Below the pieces are notes generated by a model, which worked only from the letters and a program-made list of their open reading frames with translations, made no database searches and was not told where the DNA came from. Below, in pieces: positions 7,851 through 16,529 of a stretch of 64,000 nt of DNA (its first letter is position 1; every line of letters begins with the position of its first letter). Source of the stretch: Pseudomonadota bacterium (GTDB lineage Bacteria; Pseudomonadota; Gammaproteobacteria; Burkholderiales; UBA9220). Both the position numbers and the translations under genes were made by a program. The DNA is taken from NCBI GenBank assembly GCA_021845865.1, contig JAJZVC010000012.1, positions 29-64,028 on the forward strand, read 5' to 3'.

Positions 7851-10396
7851 GCTTTCCTCCCCATCGCCGCAGTAATCCGCGACGCACATTTAACGATGGC
7901 CTGCGCCACCTCCTCGCCGGTCTGGTAGCGCTTCTCCGGCTGCTTTTCCAGCATTTTTCCGACAATCCCCACCACGCACTCCGGCAGGCGCGGGTTCAGC
8001 TCATGGATATCCCTGGGCGGCTCGTTGGCGATGCGGAACATCAGTTCCGCCATGGATTCCCCCTGGAACGGCAGCCGGCCCGTGAGCAACTGGTAGAACA
8101 TCACTCCCAGGGAAAAGAGATCCGAGCGCCCATCCACCTTCTTTCCGGCCAGCTGCTCGGGGGACATGTAGGACGGCGTGCCCAGCACCATGCCGGTCTT
8201 GGTGCGGGACGAGTCGGTGATGCGGGCGATGCCGAAGTCGGTCACCTTGATGGTGTCCGACCCCGGTTCGTACATGATGTTGGCCGGCTTGATATCCCGG
8301 TGCACCACGTGCTGAGCGTGGGCATAGCCCAGCGCCACGGCCACCTTGGCCATGATTTTCATCACCTTGCCCAGGGGCAGCAGGCTGTCGGGCTTGGTGT
8401 AGGGGGTCAGGTCCTTGCCCTGGAGGAACTCCATGGCGATATAGGCCAGATCGTGCTCCTCTCCCGCGTCGTAAATGGTGACGATATTGGGATGGTTGAG
8501 CCGGCCGGCGGTCTCCGCCTCGCGGAAAAAGCGGGCTTTCACCTCCTCCAGTTCGTCGGCATCGAACTCCTGGGCCAAAGCCATGGTCTTGATGGCCACC
8601 ACCCGGCCGATCTTGGGATCCTTGCCGTAGTAGACCACCCCCATGGCGCCCTTGCCCAGCTCCTTCTCCACCTGGTAGCGGCCCAGCATGGGTTTTTCCA
8701 CCTGGCCGTTCTCCAGGATGCTGACGTTGGTGCGGCCGCCGGCCGCTCCCAGCATCACCGTTTCCTCCAGGGCCTTGGAACGGGCGAGGCGGGTTTCCAG
8801 GTCGCGGAACTTCGGGTTGTATTCGGCCATGTACTGAAACACCGCCGTCGCCTTGCCGAACTGGCGCTTGCGCTCGAAATCCAGGGCCAGGTTGTAAAGC
8901 AGGTCCAGCATGGAATCGTCCACCGGGCACTTGCGGAACTTGTCGAAAGCCATGTCGAGCTGCCCCTGCCCCTGGAAGGCCAAGCCCAGCATGCGGTTGC
9001 TCTCGGCGGACTCCGCCTCGGACTTGAGCTTGCCCTTCTCGGTCAACAGGTAACGCTTGGTGGTGAGGACGGCGTGCCCTACCAGCAACAGGACCAGCGG
9101 CGCCATCAGCCGCAGCCACATGCCTTCCATGATCTGCAGGCCGAACTGGCCGCCCAGCAGCACCAGCCCCAGCAGCACCGTCAGGGCGGCCGCCATCCCG
9201 GCCCTCAAGCGGGGGACCAGCAGGATCAGGTACGAAGCCACCAGCAAAAAGACCCCCCACTCCGCCCAGGGCGCCCATTCAGGAACGGTGTAGAAGTCCT
9301 GCTGGAGGATGCTGGAGACCGAGTTGGCCAGCGTCAGCACCGGCGGCATGGAGGCGGAAACCGGGGTCACCTGCATCGCGCCCACCCCGGCGGCGGTGGC
9401 GCCGATGAGAACGATCTTTCCCCGGTACTTCTGGGCCGGTATCTTGCCGCTATAGACGTCGTAGAAGGAATCCACCGGGAAAGGGGGCCGCCCGTCCGCG
9501 CCCGCATAGAAATTGCTGTACATCATCAGGCTGGGACCCGTGGTGATACGCAGCTTGCCCAGGTCGACGCCGCCAGGCTGGACCTGGATGTCCCCCGCCT
9601 TCAGGTTGAGGCTGGCGGCAGCCAGCAACAGGGAAAGGGAAGGAAAATACTGACCGTAGTAGTTGACCACGAGGGGATCGGCGCGCACCGCGCCATCCAC
9701 ATCCGGCACGTAATTGAGGTGGCCGATGCCGACGGCCGCCTGCCCCATCTTCGGAATCGGCACGTAGGCTTCATTGGCGGCAAGAGGGAAAGGCCCGTAT
9801 TCCCCGCTCTTGGCCGCCAAGGCGTTTTTCGCCACGTAATCCGGCAGGGGCTTGTCCGGCCGCCCCTGGGGCTCGCCCAGGCGGAACAGCATGCCGAGTT
9901 CCACGTTGCCCGCCGCTTGAAAGCTTTTTGCCAGTTCGCTGTCCGCGTCCAGGGAACGTTCCGCTTCCTGCAGCATTTCGCCGAGGCGTTGCGACTCGTC
10001 GGCGGGGGACGCATTTTTAAGGGAGGAGCTGGCGTAGAAATCGCGCAGCTTGCGCACATAGGCGAGACCGGCGTCCTGCTGGGGCTCCAGCAGCAGGACC
10101 GTATTGCCGACCACCTTCGCCTCGGCCTGGGAGAGCTTGTCGACCATCCTCGCCATCACGTCCCGGGACCAGGGCCAGCGCCCGATGTTGGCGATGCTCT
10201 GGTCGTCGATGGCGATCACCGCCACCCGGTCGCTGGGAACGCGGGTAGCCGCCAGCAGAGCCAGGTCATAGGCCTTGCGCTCCAGGCTTTGCATCAGGCT
10301 GCTGCCGGATAGGAGCAGGAAAAGCAACGCCACGGCGACCCCGACAAACCAGTCGGCCGTCCAGAATGAAGAACCCGCTTTCACTCCCTTTTCCAT
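7847..10396 (-). CDS. CHASE2-domain transmembrane Ser/Thr protein kinase with TPR-like linker
   Basis: 849 aa. N-terminal CHASE2-like region (VAVIAIDDQSIANIGRWPWSR), TM cluster, TPR-like segment. Hanks kinase motifs GKGAMGVVYYGKD...VAIK, HRDIKPANIM, DFGIA, GTPSYMSPEQ. Confidence 0.9.
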   Translation of the reverse strand: MEKGVKAGSSFWTADWFVGVAVALLFLLLSGSSLMQSLERKAYDLALLAATRVPSDRVAVIAIDDQSIANIGRWPWSRDVMARMVDKLSQAEAKVVGNTVLLLEPQQDAGLAYVRKLRDFYASSSLKNASPADESQRLGEMLQEAERSLDADSELAKSFQAAGNVELGMLFRLGEPQGRPDKPLPDYVAKNALAAKSGEYGPFPLAANEAYVPIPKMGQAAVGIGHLNYVPDVDGAVRADPLVVNYYGQYFPSLSLLLAAASLNLKAGDIQVQPGGVDLGKLRITTGPSLMMYSNFYAGADGRPPFPVDSFYDVYSGKIPAQKYRGKIVLIGATAAGVGAMQVTPVSASMPPVLTLANSVSSILQQDFYTVPEWAPWAEWGVFLLVASYLILLVPRLRAGMAAALTVLLGLVLLGGQFGLQIMEGMWLRLMAPLVLLLVGHAVLTTKRYLLTEKGKLKSEAESAESNRMLGLAFQGQGQLDMAFDKFRKCPVDDSMLDLLYNLALDFERKRQFGKATAVFQYMAEYNPKFRDLETRLARSKALEETVMLGAAGGRTNVSILENGQVEKPMLGRYQVEKELGKGAMGVVYYGKDPKIGRVVAIKTMALAQEFDADELEEVKARFFREAETAGRLNHPNIVTIYDAGEEHDLAYIAMEFLQGKDLTPYTKPDSLLPLGKVMKIMAKVAVALGYAHAQHVVHRDIKPANIMYEPGSDTIKVTDFGIARITDSSRTKTGMVLGTPSYMSPEQLAGKKVDGRSDLFSLGVMFYQLLTGRLPFQGESMAELMFRIANEPPRDIHELNPRLPECVVGIVGKMLEKQPEKRYQTGEEVAQAIVKCASRITAAMGRKA

Positions 10397-10477
10397 GTAT
10401 TTGTTCTGCTTGATATTAGCCTAATCATATTGCCCTTTTCCGATTCACGCAAAAAGATTTTTCCGTAGCGGCCCCAT

Positions 10478-10511
10478 AAAAAAACCCGGATATTCATTCC
10501 GGGTTTTTTTT
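10478..10511 (-). terminator. Rho-independent terminator (bidirectional hairpin)
   Basis: AAAAAAACCCGGA-TATTCAT-TCCGGGTTTTTTTT. A-run and T-run flank a 9-bp stem, directly downstream of the 10531 CDS. Confidence 0.7.
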
Positions 10512-10530
10512 CGCGCGGCCAAAGCCTTGC

Positions 10531-11220
10531 TCAATGCCACTTTTCGAAGATTTCCTGGGCGGTGTGCCGGGTCTCCACCAGCAGATTGAGCAAGTTGTAG
10601 TCGTCCGCCTTTTCGGTGCTCAGCGTCTCCGTTTCCAGGCCGTGGAAGTAGCGGGGAATGGTGTCGTCCTCCATGCCCCCCGTCAGGCGCATGGTTTCGC
10701 GCTTATGGGCCTTCAGGTTGGCCGGAAATTCGTTCCACTCCGCTTCGTCGGTAAGGGGACGGAAATACGCCGCCTCCGGCCCGTCCGCCAGCCATATCCA
10801 TTCCTTGCGGAACGCCTCGGCGCGGTTTTTCAGTTCTTCGTGGAGCGCCTTGTCCATGGCCACGGGAACCGGCAATTTATCCCCATCGAGGTTGAACACG
10901 TACTGGTCCCCGAGGCCGTCGGTAAACAGGCACTGCTCCCGGGAACCCTCCACGTAGGCCAGTGGCCTGGAATTGGCCATTTTATCCAGCAGTTCCGGAT
11001 TTTCTTCCTTGAGGCGCTGGTAAACGTCGGGGGGCAGGTGGACGGTGTTGTCCACCACTTCCTTGCCCTCCTCGAAATGCTTGCGGAACAGGAACAGAAA
11101 GGCGAGATTCTGCTGGTTGAAATAAAAACCGGCATAGCTGTCGCCCAGGTCCTTGAACTCCACCGCATCAAAAGCGCCGGTGCCGGCGCTGGCTTCCACA
11201 TAGGTTTTCCACTGACTCAT
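10531..11220 (-). CDS. Hypothetical cytoplasmic protein
   Basis: ORF 10531..11265. ATG 11220 (MSQWKTYVEA...) preceded by GGAGA. No family recognised. Confidence 0.6.
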   Translation of the reverse strand: MSQWKTYVEASAGTGAFDAVEFKDLGDSYAGFYFNQQNLAFLFLFRKHFEEGKEVVDNTVHLPPDVYQRLKEENPELLDKMANSRPLAYVEGSREQCLFTDGLGDQYVFNLDGDKLPVPVAMDKALHEELKNRAEAFRKEWIWLADGPEAAYFRPLTDEAEWNEFPANLKAHKRETMRLTGGMEDDTIPRYFHGLETETLSTEKADDYNLLNLLVETRHTAQEIFEKWH

Positions 11221-11512
11221 GCAATTCTCCCTATTATCTGGCCGCCGGTTCAGTCCCGGCGACAATTCCTGACTAATACACTTGGTTAATATACCCTGTC
11301 TTGGCGGCGACGGCCAGAGGGCAAGGCGTCATAGGGGAAATCCCTAATATCCCCTTGCCGCAACCCCTTCTATTATGACCCGGCTCACATCCCATGTGAC
11401 AGGCGGCGGAGCCACCGAACCCTGCACGGCTCCCGCCGCCAACCCCTTCCCGCCGCCGCTGTCTGTCCCCCCTTCGCCTTTCGGTGGTAAATTACCCTCC
11501 CACGGCGGCCCC

Positions 11513-12946
11513 ATGCATACCTACTACCCCCGGTCTTTCCTCAAGCTCATTGCCATAGGCTTTGTCCTCGTGGCCCTGCCCCTCGCCATCGCCTTGGCCA
11601 GCGCCACCTTTTCCATCGGCCGCCTGGCGAACCACAGCGAGCATGCCGTCAACCAGGCCGCCCGCATCGCCCGGGACAGCCGGGTGCTGGTGGAAGAAAT
11701 CACGGCCATGGAGCGGAGCATCCGCCAGTACGCCATTCTCGGGGACGAAGCCCTGCTCGAAAGCTATCACGCGAGCCGCGGCAAATTCCAGGCCACGGCG
11801 CAGGAATTGCACGCCTTGCTCCACGACCCGGCACGCCAACAGGAAGTGGCCGCCCTGCTGGCCGGCGAGGAGGCCCTCAACCGCTCCATTGTCGCCCACC
11901 CGGAATCCCAGGGCCTGCCCGAGCAGTTCGCGGCTCTCGCGGCCCAGGCCCGGGAGGTTTTGACCCAGGCCAACGACCAGATCGACCGGGAGGTGGAAAC
12001 CCTGCAGGACATGGCAAGCCGTACCCGCCGCCTGCTGGCGCTGCAGCTGCTGGCCCTGGTGCCGGTCGCGGCCATGCTGATCGCGGGCTTCACCTTCCTT
12101 ATCGTCAAACCCATTCGCCATCTCGACGGCGAAATCCGCCGCCTCGGCCAGGGCAAGCTGGAAGAAGCGGTCTCGGTGGACGGCCCGGAAGACTTGCGTT
12201 ATCTCGGCGAGCGCCTGGACTGGATGCGAAGCCGCCTGCTGGAGCTGGAGCAGCAAAAATCCCGCTTCCTGCGCCACATTTCCCATGAGCTGAAAACCCC
12301 CCTCACCGCCCTGCGGGAAGGGGCCGAGTTGCTCAGCGAGGGCGTGGCCGGGGAGCTTACGCCGACCCAGGTGGAAGTGACGGGCATCCTGCGCAACAAT
12401 ACCCTGCGCCTGCAGAAGCTGATCGAAGACCTGCTCGACTACAACACGCTGCAAGGCGGGACCGTTTCCCTCGCCCTTTCTTCCGTCAAGCTGGACGACC
12501 TGGCGCGGGAAGCCGGAGAAAACCAGGGATTGGCTCTCCAAGCGAAGAACCTGCGCCTCGATCTCGCCGGCCCCGCCATCGAAATCGAGGCGGACGGCGC
12601 CAAGCTGCGGACGGTGGTGGACAACCTGCTGTCCAACGCCATCAAGTTTTCTCCCCCCGGCGAAACCATTAGAATCACCCTGAGCCGGGATGCCGAACAT
12701 GCCCTGCTGGAAGTCGCCGACAGGGGCCCGGGAATAGCGCCCCAGGACCGGGAACGGCTGTTCGAACCCTTCTACCAGGGGCAGCGCCAGCCCGCCAGCC
12801 ATGTCAAAGGATCCGGCCTCGGACTATCCATCGTGAAAGAATTGGTACACGCGCACCACGGCAGCATCGAACTGGCCGAACCCGACGCAGCCGGCGCCCG
12901 TTTTCGTCTCCGCCTCCCCCTTGTCCAGCCACGAGAAACCACGTGA
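11513..12946 (+). CDS. glrK: Sensor histidine kinase, GlrK/QseE-like
   Basis: Start MHTYYPRSFLKLIAIGFVLVALPLAI. Two TM helices plus HAMP, H-box FLRHISHELKTPLTAL, boxes DNLLSNAIKF, DRGPGI, GSGLGLSIV. Kinase-lipoprotein-sigma54 regulator order as in E. coli glrK-yfhG-glrR. Confidence 0.75.
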   Translation: MHTYYPRSFLKLIAIGFVLVALPLAIALASATFSIGRLANHSEHAVNQAARIARDSRVLVEEITAMERSIRQYAILGDEALLESYHASRGKFQATAQELHALLHDPARQQEVAALLAGEEALNRSIVAHPESQGLPEQFAALAAQAREVLTQANDQIDREVETLQDMASRTRRLLALQLLALVPVAAMLIAGFTFLIVKPIRHLDGEIRRLGQGKLEEAVSVDGPEDLRYLGERLDWMRSRLLELEQQKSRFLRHISHELKTPLTALREGAELLSEGVAGELTPTQVEVTGILRNNTLRLQKLIEDLLDYNTLQGGTVSLALSSVKLDDLAREAGENQGLALQAKNLRLDLAGPAIEIEADGAKLRTVVDNLLSNAIKFSPPGETIRITLSRDAEHALLEVADRGPGIAPQDRERLFEPFYQGQRQPASHVKGSGLGLSIVKELVHAHHGSIELAEPDAAGARFRLRLPLVQPRETT

Positions 12947-13458
12947 AAAAACTCTTGCTTCTCGCTTCAATCGTGGCGCTCCTCGCGGGATGCTCCCTGC
13001 TGAAACCGGCGCCTCCCGCCAGCAGCTGGTCCGGTCCGGCCCTGGGCGCCAACGCGGTGGAGGAAGCGCTCCGCTACTATGCCTACGCGAAGAAACTGCC
13101 CCCCGCCGACCTGAACCGGGAACATGAGGCCATTCGCCAGACCTTCAACCGGGGCCATGGCGACTTCACCCGCATCCAGTACGCCCTTCTCCTTTCCCTT
13201 CCCGGCACCCGCTTTCACGACGACGGCCGCGCCCTGAAAGCGCTGGAGGGATGGCAGAAGGACGACGAGGCCGGCCTGCGCCGCTTCGGCGCCTTCCTCG
13301 CGGCCCAGCTGGCCGAACAGCGGCGCCTCGACGAGTCCGCCGACACGCTCCGCGCCCGCCTCAAGGAAGAACAGCGCCGCGCCGACGAGGCGGAAGCGAA
13401 ACTCAACGCCCTCAAATCCATCGAGCGCAGCCTGCTGCGCCAGCGCCGCGCCCCATGA
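12943..13458 (+). CDS. Lipoprotein in the QseG/YfhG position between kinase and regulator
   Basis: MKKLLLLASIVALLAGC lipobox. The GTG start at 12943-12945 overlaps the kinase stop codon (12944-12946) by 4 nt (GTGA). ATGA overlap with the regulator start at 13455-13458. Confidence 0.7.
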   Translation: MKKLLLLASIVALLAGCSLLKPAPPASSWSGPALGANAVEEALRYYAYAKKLPPADLNREHEAIRQTFNRGHGDFTRIQYALLLSLPGTRFHDDGRALKALEGWQKDDEAGLRRFGAFLAAQLAEQRRLDESADTLRARLKEEQRRADEAEAKLNALKSIERSLLRQRRAP

Positions 13459-14801
13459 ACGACAAGCCCCTGATCCTGCTGGTCGACGACGACCCCGACC
13501 TGCTCAAGCTGCTCACCCTGCGCCTCACCGCCGCGGGCTACGCCGTCGCCACGGCCGGCAGCGGCGAGGAAGCCCTCGCCCAACTCGCCGTCATCCAACC
13601 CCGCCTGGTGATCAGCGACATGCGCATGGGGGGCATGGACGGCCTGGCCCTGTTCGAAACGGTCCAGAAGAGCCGCCCCGGCCTGCCGGTCATCATTCTT
13701 ACCGCCCACGGCACCATCCCCGACGCCGTGGACGCCGCCCGGCGCGGCATCTTCGGCTATCTCACCAAGCCTTTCGACAGCAAGGCCCTGCTGGGGGAGG
13801 TCGAGCGGGCGCTGAAGCTCAACGCCGAAGGAGGGGGCCCCAAGGACCAGGACTGGCGCGCGGAAATCATCACCCGCAGCCCGGCCATGGAAAGCGTGCT
13901 GGAAAAAGCCCGCCTGGTGGCGGCCGGCGACGCCGGCGTTTTCCTCTACGGCGAGAGCGGCACCGGCAAGGAATTGCTCGCCCGCGCCATCCACCAGGCC
14001 AGCCCCCGCCATGGCAAGCCCTTCGTGGCGGTCAACTGTGGAGCGATTCCCGAGCAATTGCTGGAGTCCGAGCTCTTCGGCCACGTCAAGGGCGCCTTCA
14101 CCGGCGCCGCCCGCGACTACAAGGGCCTGTTCCAGGCCGCCGACGGCGGCACCCTGCTGCTGGACGAAATCGGCGACATGCCCCTGCCCCTGCAGGTGAA
14201 ACTGCTGCGCGTGCTCCAGGAGCGCCAGGTGCGGCCGGTCGGCTCGGTTCAGGCCATCCCGGTGAACGTGCGCATCATCTCCGCCACCCACCGGGACCTG
14301 GCCGAGGAAATCGCCGCCGGCCGCTTCCGCGAGGACCTCTACTACCGCCTCAACGTCGTCGCCCTCTCGCTGCCCACCCTGGCGGAACGGCGGGAGGACA
14401 TTCCCCTTCTCGCCAACCACATGCTGCGCCGCCTGACGGAGCGATACGGCAAGGACATCCGCGGCTTCGCGCCGGAGGCCATGGAACTGCTGATCGCCTC
14501 GGCCTGGCCCGGCAACGTGCGGCAATTGCTCAACGTGGTGGAACAGACCGTCGCCCTCTCGACCACCCCCCTCATCTCCGCCACCCTGGCCCGGGAAGCC
14601 ATCCGCCAGGGCACGGAAGAATTCGCCTCGCTCGAGGACGCGCGCCGCCGCTTCGAGCGCGAGTACCTGATCCAGGTGCTGAAAATCACCGACGGCAACG
14701 TCGCCCAGGCGGCGAAGCTGGCGAAACGCAATCGCACCGAGTTCTACAAGCTGCTGCAGCGCCACAGCCTCGACCCCGCCCTGTTCAAGCCCGCCTCCTA
14801 G
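13455..14801 (+). CDS. glrR: Sigma54-dependent response regulator, GlrR/QseF-like
   Basis: [17 protein letters not shown] receiver, AAA+ motifs [15 protein letters not shown] and [16 protein letters not shown]-terminal HTH ([20 protein letters not shown]). Confidence 0.85.
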   Translation: MNDKPLILLVDDDPDLLKLLTLRLTAAGYAVATAGSGEEALAQLAVIQPRLVISDMRMGGMDGLALFETVQKSRPGLPVIILTAHGTIPDAVDAARRGIFGYLTKPFDSKALLGEVERALKLNAEGGGPKDQDWRAEIITRSPAMESVLEKARLVAAGDAGVFLYGESGTGKELLARAIHQASPRHGKPFVAVNCGAIPEQLLESELFGHVKGAFTGAARDYKGLFQAADGGTLLLDEIGDMPLPLQVKLLRVLQERQVRPVGSVQAIPVNVRIISATHRDLAEEIAAGRFREDLYYRLNVVALSLPTLAERREDIPLLANHMLRRLTERYGKDIRGFAPEAMELLIASAWPGNVRQLLNVVEQTVALSTTPLISATLAREAIRQGTEEFASLEDARRRFEREYLIQVLKITDGNVAQAAKLAKRNRTEFYKLLQRHSLDPALFKPAS

Positions 14802-14805
14802 CCCC

Positions 14806-14823
14806 TGTCTCCGCCCGGCGACA
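14806..14823 (+). promoter_or_regulatory. TGTC-N10-GACA inverted repeat (candidate GlrR-type enhancer site 1)
   Basis: TGTCTCCGCCCGGCGACA read directly. About 150 bp upstream of the sigma54 promoter. Confidence 0.55.
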
Positions 14824-14871
14824 ACAATAAACATTTATTCTTCCACGGGTTAAAACAACGCCCGCCCTTTC

Positions 14872-14889
14872 TGTCGCCGCGCGGCGACA
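14872..14889 (+). promoter_or_regulatory. TGTC-N10-GACA inverted repeat (candidate GlrR-type enhancer site 2)
   Basis: TGTCGCCGCGCGGCGACA read directly. About 80 bp upstream of the sigma54 promoter. Confidence 0.55.
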
Positions 14890-14954
14890 GAACAATCCTG
14901 CCCCGCCCCGCCCAGACACGCCCATCCTATTGTAATAACTAGGTTTTCCTAACC

Positions 14955-14969
14955 TGGCACGCCCCTTGC
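14955..14969 (+). promoter_or_regulatory. Sigma54 (-24/-12) promoter
   Basis: Exact TGGCAC-N5-TTGC (TGGCACGCCCCTTGC), about 105 nt upstream of the ATG at 15075. Confidence 0.75.
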
Positions 14970-15074
14970 CCTAGTCAGGGCAAACAACTTCGAGACATTC
15001 CAGCCATGAACCCGCAAACCCTGAGCGCATTTCTCGACGTCTCCCGCGCCTATCTGCTAAGGAAAGGAAACCCC

Positions 15075-15653
15075 ATGGAAACCCACAACATCTACAAGCC
15101 CGGCGGCATTCTGTATCCCATCATGGTGGCCGCCGGCGTTTCGGTGACGGTATTCAGCCTCCTGGGCACCGCCGCCCTGATGGGTCGCCTGCCCGCGGCC
15201 CAGTCCGCCGTCTTCGACCGCCCGGAGGCCGCCGCCGCGGCACAGGCGCCCATGGCAGCGCAAACCGCCAACCATTCAACCCCTCGCGGCAAATCTTCGC
15301 CGGTTATCGCCTGTGCCAGTTGCGGCACCATCACGGCCATCGACTCCACCGAGGTAAAAGGCCAGGGTAGCGGCTTGGGCGTGGTCGCCGGCGGCGTCAC
15401 CGGGGCCATCCTGGGCAACCAGATCGGCAATGGCAACGGCCGCGCCGCCGCCACCCTGCTCGGCGCGGCGGGCGGCGCCTATGTCGGCAACGAAATCGAG
15501 AAAAACACCAAGACGACCACCCGCTATTCCGTCACGGTGCGCATGAGCGACGGCAGCTACCGGATATTCCACCGCTCCACCTTGCCCCAATTCGCCATCG
15601 GCCAGAAGGTACGGGTGGAAGGCAATACCCTCCGGCCCCTCGTCGCCAGTTAG
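15075..15653 (+). CDS. Glycine-zipper (Rick_17kDa/SlyB-like) membrane protein
   Basis: ATG 15075 with AGGAAAGGAAA upstream. TM helix GGILYPIMVAAGVSVTVFSLLGTAALMG. Glycine zipper GLGVVAGGVTGAILGNQIGNGNGRAAATLLGAAGGAYVG. Confidence 0.75.
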   Translation: METHNIYKPGGILYPIMVAAGVSVTVFSLLGTAALMGRLPAAQSAVFDRPEAAAAAQAPMAAQTANHSTPRGKSSPVIACASCGTITAIDSTEVKGQGSGLGVVAGGVTGAILGNQIGNGNGRAAATLLGAAGGAYVGNEIEKNTKTTTRYSVTVRMSDGSYRIFHRSTLPQFAIGQKVRVEGNTLRPLVAS

Positions 15654-15662
15654 GAGGCCGCC

Positions 15663-15989
15663 ATGGGAAAACATCTGGGAACCCTGGCGCGCTTGAGTAC
15701 CGACGCGCTGCTGTTCGCTCTCCTGCTCGTGGGCATCGGCAGCGTCGTCTATGCCCTGGTGGCGCCGGATGAAGGCTGGCTGTCCCTCTGGATGGCGCAG
15801 CTGTGGCATCGGGCCCCGACGCTGATTCTGCCCCTGATGGCGCTTCTGGCCGTGCTGTATTTCTTCTTCAAGCCCCGGCTGGACAACCTCAATCTGCGGG
15901 AACGGACCGCCAACCTGCTGATGGTCGGCTGGGCGCTGCTGGGGCTGATCGTCAGCCTCCACTGGCTCGGCGCCGCGGCCATTCTTTAA
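15663..15989 (+). CDS. Small integral membrane protein, unknown function
   Basis: 108 aa with three hydrophobic helices. Starts 9 nt after the glycine-zipper gene. Confidence 0.6.
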   Translation: MGKHLGTLARLSTDALLFALLLVGIGSVVYALVAPDEGWLSLWMAQLWHRAPTLILPLMALLAVLYFFFKPRLDNLNLRERTANLLMVGWALLGLIVSLHWLGAAAIL

Positions 15990-16011
15990 CGAATCCATTC
16001 CTCCCTCCGCA

Positions 16012-16049
16012 CGGCCGTCGCTCCCCCACGGGACGCGGCCGTTTTTTTG
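16012..16049 (+). terminator. Rho-independent terminator
   Basis: ACGGCCG...CGGCCGT stem followed by TTTTTTT. Confidence 0.6.
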
Positions 16050-16077
16050 TCCACGGAACCGGAGCAGGCCTATAATG
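16048..16077 (+). promoter_or_regulatory. Candidate sigma70 promoter for the hemerythrin gene
   Basis: TTGTCC-N18-TATAAT, about 38 nt upstream of ATG 16115. Confidence 0.4.
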
Positions 16078-16114
16078 CTCCAATTTGGTGAGTTCGTTTG
16101 CCTTTGGGCGCAGC

Positions 16115-16516
16115 ATGTCACTTCTCGAATGGAACGATGAATTAAGCGTCGGCCACGGTCCCATGGACCATGAGCACCGGCAGCTTGTCGCCACCGTCAA
16201 CGCCCTGTACGACGCCATGCTGGAAGGGCGCGGCATGAGCTTGGTGGACAGCACCTTCAACGACATCGTCGATCATGCCGTCGCGCATTTCCAGCACGAA
16301 GAAAAGCTGATGCGGGAAACCGCCTACCCCGACTATGCCGCCCACAAGCGTCAGCATGACCAGTTGATGGCTGAAATCGTCAAGCTGCAGCGCTCCTTCG
16401 AGGCGGGGGAATCCATTTTTTCCACCCGGGTGCTGCAATTCCTCGCCGACTGGCTGACCGTCCACATCAAGACCGACGACAAGGCCCTCGGCGGCTATCT
16501 TGCCGCCCGGCCCTGA
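16115..16516 (+). CDS. Bacteriohemerythrin-like protein
   Basis: MSLLEWNDELSVGHGPMDHEHRQL..., with His/Glu/Asp iron ligand pattern (HFQHEEKLM, HKRQHD, VHIKTDD). Confidence 0.85.
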   Translation: MSLLEWNDELSVGHGPMDHEHRQLVATVNALYDAMLEGRGMSLVDSTFNDIVDHAVAHFQHEEKLMRETAYPDYAAHKRQHDQLMAEIVKLQRSFEAGESIFSTRVLQFLADWLTVHIKTDDKALGGYLAARP

Positions 16517-16529
16517 TTCCCGCTTGCCG

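Noticed and set aside
8003-10312. 769-aa plus-strand ORF and the 425-aa minus-strand alternative frame (8001-9278)
   Set aside because: Both overlap the well-supported CHASE2 kinase gene. Their composition is typical of out-of-frame high-GC translation.
13215-14834. 539-aa minus-strand ORF
   Set aside because: It is antisense to the sigma54 response regulator, which has unambiguous REC/AAA+/HTH motifs.
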